Source: Nemertoderma westbladi
Taxonomy: Eukaryota > Animalia > Xenacoelomorpha
DNA length: 34,909 bases
Assembly: GCA_032718475.1 (NCBI GenBank)
Contig: JAUCBJ010000474.1
Coordinates: forward strand, 1-34,909
Reading direction: 5' to 3'
Part shown: piece after piece, positions 24,656-34,909 of the stretch
How the letters are laid out: every line of letters starts with the position of its first letter
Numbering within the stretch: the first letter of the stretch is position 1
Notes under the pieces: model-generated
What the model was told of the DNA's origin: nothing
Seen by the model: only the letters and a program-made list of their open reading frames with translations
Databases searched by the model: none
Translations under genes and position numbers: made by a program

Positions 24656-25901
24656 CTAGAAAGGCATTTCCTAAAGGAAATGCAACCACGAAGCTAAGGA
24701 AAATTAAACACTCTTTGACTCATCAGTTCATTGATTTACCGAGTTAAAAGAACTCCCGGTATTGCCAAGGTAACTGGACTTTTCTAGAAATGCTGAGTTT
24801 TACATTAAGATCTAGTTTGTGGTTCCAGGTGATACATCGACTTCAAGGAAGCTTCATTGAGTAGTTTATGTGCAAAATTAATTATTAATTTGTTAAAAAG
24901 TCTGTTTGCAGTGGTTGTCAAGGTAACTGGCAAATAGAACAACGTAGATTGGATGCAGAATAAGTGATATTATGGTGGTAGGGGTTGGTCCCAAGTCATA
25001 ATGCCTTTAACTTGTGTTTCTAATTATAATTTTTTAAATTATAACATCTGTTTAGCCTGGTTACCAAGGTAACTGGATTTTCTAATTAACCACAATTGGC
25101 TCCTCTAAGGACCTTCCTTATAGTTGAGTTGGGAAACCCAATATTTATATCTAATACAGTTTTCCTACAAACAAGAGTTAAAAATATAGACTTGAATGAT
25201 ATTGACTTTAATAAGCTCCAGTTACCATGGTAACTATATATTTCTGGAATGTTTTGAGTTTCACTAAAAGTTCCAACTAGTGATCCAGTAACACATACCC
25301 ATTTTCATAAAATTTTATAATGAAGTCTATGTCCAAATGAGTAATTTTTGCATAGAAACATCTGTTTTCATCGGTTGTCATGGTAACTGCAAAATTAAAC
25401 AATGAAATTCGGACGCAGAATAAGATATATAGTGGGGGTAGGGGTTGGTCCCAAGACATAACACCTTAACCTTAGGCTTCAAATTAACTTTTGCTTGCTT
25501 GCTTTTTAGCCCAGTTGCCAAGGTAACTGGATTTTCTATTTAACCTCAATCGGCTCTGCTATGGACCTTATAGTTGAGTTGCGAAACCCCAAGTTTATAT
25601 CTATTATAATTTTCCTACAAATAGAGTTATAAATATTGACTTGAAATACATAGACTTTTTTCTAAGTCCGTTACCATGGAAACCAGATTTTTCCTGGATA
25701 TGAGACCCATCCCACACGACGCGCCTTGATGAGTAGTATATACATGCAAAATTTTAGGGTACTTTTAAAGGCTAGTTTTTTCACCGGTCAAAAAACACTA
25801 AATCTGCTCCATACAAGTAAAATAGCCCACTATGAATAGACCATATCAGCTAAGGAAAATCTTTCTTAGCGAAAGTAGTTGATTTTCCTTAGCTTCGTGG
25901 A
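24656..25901 (-). mobile_element. Helitron-like element copy 3 (CTAG end, 1246 bp, divergent subfamily)
   Basis: Same termini. Segment 24710-24900 differs strongly from the other copies. Confidence 0.85.
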
Positions 25902-25915
25902 CTGTATAAATACTA

Positions 25916-27182
25916 CGAGAAAGGCATTTCCTAAAGGAAATGCAACCACGAAGCTAAGGAAAATTAAACAAACGGCCACACTTTGGTTCGTTGCTTAGCC
26001 TCGCTTAGTAGCAATTGTCAATAATTAACTTCTATTCCCATGGAAACTAGAGTTCTCTGGAACTGTTGCTTTAACCTTTGAAAAAAAATTCAGTACAGAT
26101 TGTGGTTCAGATAACACATATACTGAGTTTCAGAAAATATTGTAGTTTATGTCCAGATTACCGATTTTCTATCAAATTGCATCTGTTTGCAGTGGTTGTC
26201 ATGGAAACTGAAAAATAGAACAATGTAATTCGGATGCAGAATAAGTCATATTGTGGGGGTAGGGGTTAGTCCCAAGTCATAATACTATTAACTTGTGCTT
26301 CAAATTATCATTTTATAAATTTTAACATCTGTTTAGACTTGTTGCTATGGTAACTGTATTTTCTAATTAACCTCAAACGGCTTGGATATGGATCTTATAG
26401 ATGAGTTGCAAAACCCCAAGTTTATATATATTACAGTTTTGCTACAAATAGAGTTATCAATATAGATTTGAATGATATAGAGTTTAATAAACTACAGTTA
26501 CCATGGTAACTAAATTTCTGGAATAATTTAAGTTTCACTAAAAGTTCCAACTCGTGGTCCAGATAACACATACCCAGTTTTGTAAAATTTTATCGTGAAG
26601 TCTATGTCCAAATGAATAAGTTTTGAATAAAAACATCTGTTTTCAGCGGTTGTCATGGTAACTGAAAAATAGAACAATGTAATTCGGATGCAGAATAAGT
26701 TATATAGTGGGGGTAGGGGTTGGTCCCAAGTCATAACACCTTAACCTTAGGCTTCAAATTAACATTTTATAAATTTTAACATCTGTCTAGCCCGGTTGCC
26801 AAGGTAACTGGATTTTCTATTTAACCTCAATCGGCTCTGCTATGGACCTTATAGTTGTGTTGAGAAACCCCAAGTTTATATCTATTATAGTTTTCCTACA
26901 AATAGAGTTTTAAATATTGACTTGAAATACATAGACTTTTTTCTAAGTCCGTTGCCATGGAAACCAGATTTTTCCTGGATATGAGACCCAGCCCAAAAGA
27001 TGCGCCTCGACGAGTAGTATATACATGCAAAATTTCAGGGTACTTTTAAAGGCTAGTTTTTTCACCTATCAAAAAAAACCAAATCTGCCTCACACAAGTA
27101 AAATAGCCCACTATGAATAGACCATCTCAGCTAAGGAAAATCTTTCTTAGCGAAAGTAGTTGATTTTCCTTAGCTTCGTGGA
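25916..27182 (-). mobile_element. Helitron-like element copy 4 (CTCG end, 1267 bp)
   Basis: Same termini. Identical by eye to copy 7. Confidence 0.85.
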
Positions 27183-27270
27183 CCTACTTTATACTACTGT
27201 ATAAATAATACCTACTTTATACTACTGTATAAATACTACCTACTTTATACTACTGTATATATACTACCTA

Positions 27271-28533
27271 CTAGAAAGGCATTTCCTAAAGGAAATGCAA
27301 CCACGAAGCTAAGGAAAATTAAACAAACGGCCACAATTTGGTTCGTTGCTTAGACTAGTTTAGTAGCATTTGCCAATAAATAACTTCTATTCCCATGGAA
27401 ACTAGAGTTCTCTGGAACTGTTGGTTTTACCTTTGAAAAAAGATTCAGTCCAGATTGTTTTTCAGATAACACATCGAGTTTCAGAAAATATTGTAGTTTA
27501 TGTCCAAATTACAGATTTTCTATCAAAATGCATCTGTTTGCAGTGGTTGTCATGGAAACTGAAAAATAGAACAATGTAATTCGGATGCAGAATAAGTCAT
27601 ATAGTGGGGGTAGGTGTTGGTCCCAAGTCATAATACTATTAAATTGTGCTTCAAATTATCATTTTATTAATTTTAACATCTGTTTACTCTTGTTGCTATG
27701 GTAAATGGATTTTCTAATTAACTTCGAACGGCTTGTATATGGACCTTATAGATGAGTTACAAAACCCCAAGTTTATATATATTACAGTTTTGCTAGAAAT
27801 AGAGTTATCAATATAGACTTGAATGATATAGAGTTTAATAAACTACAGTTACCATGGTAACTAAATTTCTGGAATGATTTAAGTTTCACTAAAAGTTCCA
27901 ACTAGTGGTGCAGATAACACATACCCAGTTTTGTAAAATTTTATCGCGAAGTCTATGTCCAAATGAATAATTTTTGTATAAAAACATCTGTTTTCGGCTG
28001 TTGTCATGGTAACTGAAAAATAGAACAATGTAATTCGGATGCAGAATAAGTTATATAGTGGGGGTAGGGGTTGGTCTCAAGTCATAACACCTTGCCCTTA
28101 GGCCTCAAATTATCATTTTATAAATTTTAACATCTGTTTATCCCGGTTGCCAACGTAACTGGATTTTCTATTTAGCCTCAATCGGATCTGCTATGGACCT
28201 TATAGTTGTGTTGCAAAACCCCAAGTTTAAATCTATTATAGTTTTCCTACAAATAGAGTTATAAATATTGACTTGAAATACATAGACTTTTTTTGAAGTC
28301 CGTTGCCATGGAAACCAGATTTTTCCTGGATATGAGACCCGGCCCAAAAGATGCGCCTCGCCGAGTAGTATATACATGCAAAATTTCAGGGTACTTTTAA
28401 AGGCTAGTTTTTTCGCCTATCAAAAAACCCCAAATCTGCCTCACACAAGTAAAATAGCCCACTATGAATAGACCATCTCAGCTAAGGAAAATCTTTCTTA
28501 GCGAAAGTAGTTGATTTTCCTTAGCTTCGTGGA
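27271..28533 (-). mobile_element. Helitron-like element copy 5 (CTAG end, 1263 bp)
   Basis: Same termini. Identical by eye to copy 6. Confidence 0.85.
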
Positions 28534-28548
28534 CTTTATACTACTGTA

Positions 28549-29811
28549 CTAGAAAGGCATTTCCTAAAGGAAATGCAACCACGAAGCTAAGGAAAATTAA
28601 ACAAACGGCCACAATTTGGTTCGTTGCTTAGACTAGTTTAGTAGCATTTGCCAATAAATAACTTCTATTCCCATGGAAACTAGAGTTCTCTGGAACTGTT
28701 GGTTTTACCTTTGAAAAAAGATTCAGTCCAGATTGTTTTTCAGATAACACATCGAGTTTCAGAAAATATTGTAGTTTATGTCCAAATTACAGATTTTCTA
28801 TCAAAATGCATCTGTTTGCAGTGGTTGTCATGGAAACTGAAAAATAGAACAATGTAATTCGGATGCAGAATAAGTCATATAGTGGGGGTAGGTGTTGGTC
28901 CCAAGTCATAATACTATTAAATTGTGCTTCAAATTATCATTTTATTAATTTTAACATCTGTTTACTCTTGTTGCTATGGTAAATGGATTTTCTAATTAAC
29001 TTCGAACGGCTTGTATATGGACCTTATAGATGAGTTACAAAACCCCAAGTTTATATATATTACAGTTTTGCTAGAAATAGAGTTATCAATATAGACTTGA
29101 ATGATATAGAGTTTAATAAACTACAGTTACCATGGTAACTAAATTTCTGGAATGATTTAAGTTTCACTAAAAGTTCCAACTAGTGGTGCAGATAACACAT
29201 ACCCAGTTTTGTAAAATTTTATCGCGAAGTCTATGTCCAAATGAATAATTTTTGTATAAAAACATCTGTTTTCGGCTGTTGTCATGGTAACTGAAAAATA
29301 GAACAATGTAATTCGGATGCAGAATAAGTTATATAGTGGGGGTAGGGGTTGGTCTCAAGTCATAACACCTTGCCCTTAGGCCTCAAATTATCATTTTATA
29401 AATTTTAACATCTGTTTATCCCGGTTGCCAACGTAACTGGATTTTCTATTTAGCCTCAATCGGATCTGCTATGGACCTTATAGTTGTGTTGCAAAACCCC
29501 AAGTTTAAATCTATTATAGTTTTCCTACAAATAGAGTTATAAATATTGACTTGAAATACATAGACTTTTTTTGAAGTCCGTTGCCATGGAAACCAGATTT
29601 TTCCTGGATATGAGACCCGGCCCAAAAGATGCGCCTCGCCGAGTAGTATATACATGCAAAATTTCAGGGTACTTTTAAAGGCTAGTTTTTTCGCCTATCA
29701 AAAAACCCCAAATCTGCCTCACACAAGTAAAATAGCCCACTATGAATAGACCATCTCAGCTAAGGAAAATCTTTCTTAGCGAAAGTAGTTGATTTTCCTT
29801 AGCTTCGTGGA
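28549..29811 (-). mobile_element. Helitron-like element copy 6 (CTAG end, 1263 bp)
   Basis: Same termini. Lies 15 bp from copy 5. Confidence 0.85.
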
Positions 29812-29983
29812 TATAAATACTACCTACTTTATACTACTGTATATAAATACTACCTACTTTATACTACTGCGTACATACTGCCTACTTTATACTACTGTAT
29901 AAATACTACCTACTTTATACTACTCTATAAATACTACCTACTTTATACTACTGTATAATTACTACCTACTTTATACTACTGTA

Positions 29984-31250
29984 CGAGAAAGGCATTTCCT
30001 AAAGGAAATGCAACCACGAAGCTAAGGAAAATTAAACAAACGGCCACACTTTGGTTCGTTGCTTAGCCTCGCTTAGTAGCAATTGTCAATAATTAACTTC
30101 TATTCCCATGGAAACTAGAGTTCTCTGGAACTGTTGCTTTAACCTTTGAAAAAAAATTCAGTACAGATTGTGGTTCAGATAACACATATACTGAGTTTCA
30201 GAAAATATTGTAGTTTATGTCCAGATTACCGATTTTCTATCAAATTGCATCTGTTTGCAGTGGTTGTCATGGAAACTGAAAAATAGAACAATGTAATTCG
30301 GATGCAGAATAAGTCATATTGTGGGGGTAGGGGTTAGTCCCAAGTCATAATACTATTAACTTGTGCTTCAAATTATCATTTTATAAATTTTAACATCTGT
30401 TTAGACTTGTTGCTATGGTAACTGTATTTTCTAATTAACCTCAAACGGCTTGGATATGGATCTTATAGATGAGTTGCAAAACCCCAAGTTTATATATATT
30501 ACAGTTTTGCTACAAATAGAGTTATCAATATAGATTTGAATGATATAGAGTTTAATAAACTACAGTTACCATGGTAACTAAATTTCTGGAATAATTTAAG
30601 TTTCACTAAAAGTTCCAACTCGTGGTCCAGATAACACATACCCAGTTTTGTAAAATTTTATCGTGAAGTCTATGTCCAAATGAATAAGTTTTGAATAAAA
30701 ACATCTGTTTTCAGCGGTTGTCATGGTAACTGAAAAATAGAACAATGTAATTCGGATGCAGAATAAGTTATATAGTGGGGGTAGGGGTTGGTCCCAAGTC
30801 ATAACACCTTAACCTTAGGCTTCAAATTAACATTTTATAAATTTTAACATCTGTCTAGCCCGGTTGCCAAGGTAACTGGATTTTCTATTTAACCTCAATC
30901 GGCTCTGCTATGGACCTTATAGTTGTGTTGAGAAACCCCAAGTTTATATCTATTATAGTTTTCCTACAAATAGAGTTTTAAATATTGACTTGAAATACAT
31001 AGACTTTTTTCTAAGTCCGTTGCCATGGAAACCAGATTTTTCCTGGATATGAGACCCAGCCCAAAAGATGCGCCTCGACGAGTAGTATATACATGCAAAA
31101 TTTCAGGGTACTTTTAAAGGCTAGTTTTTTCACCTATCAAAAAAAACCAAATCTGCCTCACACAAGTAAAATAGCCCACTATGAATAGACCATCTCAGCT
31201 AAGGAAAATCTTTCTTAGCGAAAGTAGTTGATTTTCCTTAGCTTCGTGGA
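29984..31250 (-). mobile_element. Helitron-like element copy 7 (CTCG end, 1267 bp)
   Basis: Same termini. Identical by eye to copy 4. Confidence 0.85.
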
Positions 31251-31410
31251 TAAATACTACCTACTTTATACTACTCTATAAATACTACCTACTTTATGCT
31301 ACTCTATAAATACTACCTACTTTATACTACTCTATAAATACTACCTACTTTATACTACTGCGTAAATACTGCCTACTTTATACTACTTTATAAATACTAC
31401 CTACTTTATA

Positions 31411-32659
31411 CTAGAAAGGCATTTCCTAAAGGAAATGCAACCACGAAGCTAAGGAAAATTAAACAAAGGGCCACAATTTGGTTTGTTGCTTAGCCTAGTT
31501 TAGTAGCATTTGCCAATAATTAACTTCTATTCCCATGGAAACTAGAGTTCTCTGGAACTGTTGGTTTTACCTTTGAAAAAAAGATTCAGTCCAGATTGTG
31601 GTTTAGATAACACATACCAAGTTTCAGAAAATATTGTAGTTTAGGTCCAAATTACCGATTTTCTATCAAAATGCATCTGTTTGCAGTGGTTGTCATGGAA
31701 ACTGAAAAATAGAACAATGTAATTCGGATGCAGAATAAGTCATATAGTGGGGGTAGGTGTTGGTCCCAAGTCATAATACTATTAAATTGTGCTTCAAATT
31801 ATCATTTTATAAATTTTAACATCTGTTTAGTCTTATTGCTATGGTAACTGGATTTTCTAATTAACCTCGAACGGCTTGGATATGGACCTTATGAGTTGCA
31901 AAACCCCACGTTTATATATATTACAGTTCTGCTACAAATGGAGTTATGAATATAGACTTGAATAAACATCAGTTACCATGGTAACTATATATTTCTGGAA
32001 TGTTTTCAGTTTCACTAAAAGTTCCAACTAATGGTACAGATAACACATTCCCAGTTTCGTAACATTTTATCGCGAAGTCTATGTCCAAATGAGTAATTTT
32101 TATATAAAAACATCTGTTTTCAGCGGTTGTCATGGTAACTGCAAAATATAACAATGAAATTCGGACGCAGAATAAGTAATATAGTGGGGGTAGGGGTTGG
32201 TCCCAAGTCATAACACCTTAACCTTAGGCTTCAAATTAACATTTTATAAATTTTAACATCTGTTTAGCCCGGTTGCCAAGGTAACTGGATTTTCTATTTA
32301 ACCTCAATCGGCTCTGCTATGGACCTTATAGTTGAGTTGAGAAACCCCAAGTTTATATCTATTATAGTTTTCCTACAAATAGAGTTATAAATATTGACTT
32401 TAAATACATAGACGTTTTTCTATGTTCGTTACCATGGAAACCAGATTTTTCCTGGATATGAGACCCAGCCCAAAAGATGCGCCTCGACGAGTAGTATATA
32501 CATGCAAAAATTCAGGGTACTTTTAAAGGCTAGTTTTTTCACCGGTCAAAAAACACTAAATCTGCTCCATACAAGTAAAATAGCCCACTATGAATAGACC
32601 ATCTCAGCTAAGGAAAATCTTTCTTAGCGAAAGTAGTTGATTTTCCTTAGCTTCGTGGA
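31411..32659 (-). mobile_element. Helitron-like element copy 8 (CTAG end, 1249 bp)
   Basis: Same termini. Empty site at 34771/34772. Confidence 0.85.
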
Positions 32660-32761
32660 CTACTCTATAAATACTACCTACTTTATACTACTGTATAAAT
32701 ACTATCTACTTTATACTACTGTATACTACTGTATAAATACTGCCTACTTTATACTACTGTA

Positions 32762-34269
32762 CTTAGTAGTCTTGTGTAGCAACCATGAATTCGTTGTTCA
32801 AGTGATTTAGTCAGTGTCCAGGTCTCACCCCCGTATAAAAATACACTTTCCACTGTGGCTCGAAAGAACTTAGGTGCCTGGTGCAGGTGCCTGGAGAGAT
32901 CTGATTTCCAGATGGTATCCATTTTTGATAGAGCTACCCAAGCCTTTGCTTTCCTAACTTCTATGTCCTTTTTGCTACTCTCTATCCATGATCCAAGGTA
33001 CTGGAAGTCATCGACCTTCCTTAGTTGATTATTATCAATGGTTGTCAAGTTCCCATCAACATTAAAGGTCATGAATTCGGTCTTTGTAGCATTTATATGC
33101 AATCCAACCTCCTTAGCAGCCCTCTCCACTTTATTTAGTAGAAACTGTGCATCTGCTAGCGTATTAGAGAGCAGGGCGATGTCATCCGCAAAGTCGGTGT
33201 CTGTGACTGTAGTTGCCAGATATCTACTACTTCTGCGTTCTTGAAGTGTGAATCCCAGATCTTCACCCTTTGTGGCCGTCCTCATTGCGTAATCCAGCAC
33301 AATTACAAATAGTAATGGTGCTAATGTGTCACCTTGCAGTACGCCAGCCAGGATTGAGAAAAACTCAGTTTCACCATCTGGTGTGAGTACCTGCGCTTCT
33401 GTGTCACAATATAACAATCCAATGCCAACAACAATTACTTTGGTATTCCATAAGCTCTTAGGATTTCAAGCATTTTACCTCTATGGATGGAGTCGAATGC
33501 CTTCTTGAACTCCACAAAAGTAATGACTGCGGGGAGATTCTTTGACTTAATTCCTTCAATCAGTCTCCGTAGTGCAAGTATCTGAGCTATTGTTGATCTA
33601 CTTGGTCGAAATCCGTTTTGGCTCTTACGCAGTAGTTTCTCTATGTGAGGCCTAATCCTATATAGAATCATTTTATTGTATATTTTGGCAGCTACCACAA
33701 GCAGACAGATCCCACGATAGTTTGTTGGTATGCCGAGGTCTCCTTTCTTGGGGAGAGGCTTTAGTTGACCTTTAGTCCAAATTGGTGGTGGCTTTTCCCC
33801 TTTTAACATCCGGTTGCAAACATTCAATAATGGTCTGTTTAGCACTCCGGTTTTCCATACCTCCGCTGGGATTTCATCTAATCCACTCGCTTTATTATTG
33901 GACATGCTTTTAATGCTTCTTTGGAGTTCGGCAGGTGTGAAGTCCCCTGTTTCTATAGGTAGTGTCTTGTCATATATTTTCCTCGATGTTTGGTGGCTGC
34001 CCAAGCAAGTTGCTGAAGTGATTTTTCCACTTCCCAACAAGTTCTTCAGGACTATCGGCTTTGAGGCGCCCCTTTGCACAACTTTTCCGACCAGATACCT
34101 CATTTACAGTTTGCCATGTAAGTCTTCTTGATTGTTGCTGTATGTGAGCAGTTGTAATTGCTTCAGTTTTATCCTGTATGTACTTTTCGTGGCTGATGTT
34201 GTAGGCCAATTTAAGATCGTCCTTAGCTTTCTCAACCTTGTTAATGTTTTCAGTTGTTGGTTGTTGTTG
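32762..34269 (-). mobile_element. RTE LINE RT region, duplicate copy 2 (uninterrupted, same frameshifts)
   Basis: ORFs 33435-34103 and 32749-33417 (DFADD, DDFQYLGSWI, FLYGGETWTLT). Truncated at both ends against the minisatellite. Confidence 0.95.
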
Positions 34270-34909
34270 TATAAATACTACCTACTTTATACTACTCTAT
34301 AAATACTACCTACTTTATACTACTGTATAAATACTACCTACTTTATACTACTGTATAAATAATACCTACTTTATACTACTGTATAAATACTACCTACTTT
34401 ATACTACTGTATATATACTACCTACTTTATACTACTGTATATAAATACTACCTACTTTATACTACTGTATATAAATACTACCTACTTTATACTACTGCGT
34501 ACATACTGCCTACTTTATACTACTGTATAAATACTACCTACTTTATACTACTCTATAAATACTACCTACTTTATACTACTGTATAATTACTACCTACTTT
34601 ATACTACTGTATAAATACTACCTACTTTATACTACTCTATAAATACTACCTACTTTATGCTACTCTATAAATACTACCTACTTTATACTACTCTATAAAT
34701 ACTACCTACTTTATACTACTGCGTAAATACTGCCTACTTTATACTACTTTATAAATACTACCTACTTTATACTACTCTATAAATACTACCTACTTTATAC
34801 TACTGTATAAATACTATCTACTTTATACTACTGTATACTACTGTATAAATACTGCCTACTTTATACTACTGTATAAATACTGCCTACTTTATACTACTTT
34901 ATAAATACT
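34270..34909. repeat. 28-bp minisatellite array C (empty twin of array B), runs off window
   Basis: Same unit and same order of variant units as array B. Confidence 0.97.

Larger units (their letters stand above)
24603..32761. repeat. 28-bp minisatellite array B, split by six insertions (pieces 24603-24655, 25902-25915, 27183-27270, 28534-28548, 29812-29983, 31251-31410, 32660-32761)
   Basis: The concatenated pieces reproduce 34270-34873, including the diagnostic variant units. Confidence 0.95.

Noticed and set aside
22877-32211. Recurrent 60-80 aa ORFs in the elements (MSWDQPLPP..., MYILL...)
   Set aside because: Broken or variable among copies, with no recognisable domain.
21977-32659. 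Elements as introners spliced out to give the empty copy
   Set aside because: Minus-strand G|T...CTAG resembles GT-AG for only three copies, splicing would delete one target base, CTCG ends lack AG, and the twin is exact at all sites.
21977-32659. TA-targeting Tc1/mariner MITE or a plain 1.3-kb satellite
   Set aside because: The empty site shows TA is not duplicated, the IRs are asymmetric, and spacers are unique consecutive pieces of the target.
24603-32761. CRISPR-like or integron-like array (28-bp repeats alternating with cassettes)
   Set aside because: Eukaryotic context, no cas or integrase gene, the cassettes are homologous, and they interrupt repeat units at varied positions.
32749-34209. 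Active retrotransposon or the autonomous partner of the elements
   Set aside because: Frameshifted and truncated RT with no endonuclease. No Rep/helicase coding sequence was seen in the window.

Overview
AT-rich eukaryotic (invertebrate-animal-like) genomic DNA. The left half (about 1-19.1 kb) holds the last nine coding exons of a + strand single-pass membrane protein: Cys-rich GCC2/GCC3 (Ephrin_rec_like)-type repeats, two EGF-like domains, a TM helix and a Tyr-motif-rich tail ending ...YFQDASL*. Its introns are inflated by minisatellites and dead LINE fragments. The right half (19.7-34.9 kb) is a near-identical tandem duplication of a [dead RTE LINE + 28-bp minisatellite] unit. One copy is empty. 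The other carries eight ~1.26-kb non-autonomous Helitron-like elements (10,090 bp in total) inserted without target duplication, all in one orientation, all at T^A, within 593 bp of original sequence, and representing about six sequence variants. Each element has TC...hairpin-CTAG/CTCG ends plus HINE-like asymmetric inverted repeats, and a body carrying RFX X-box-like palindromes about every 150 bp. This filled-versus-empty pair is the main candidate for an undescribed process, a strand-polarised rolling-circle insertion shower. All comparisons were made by eye; no database searches were run.
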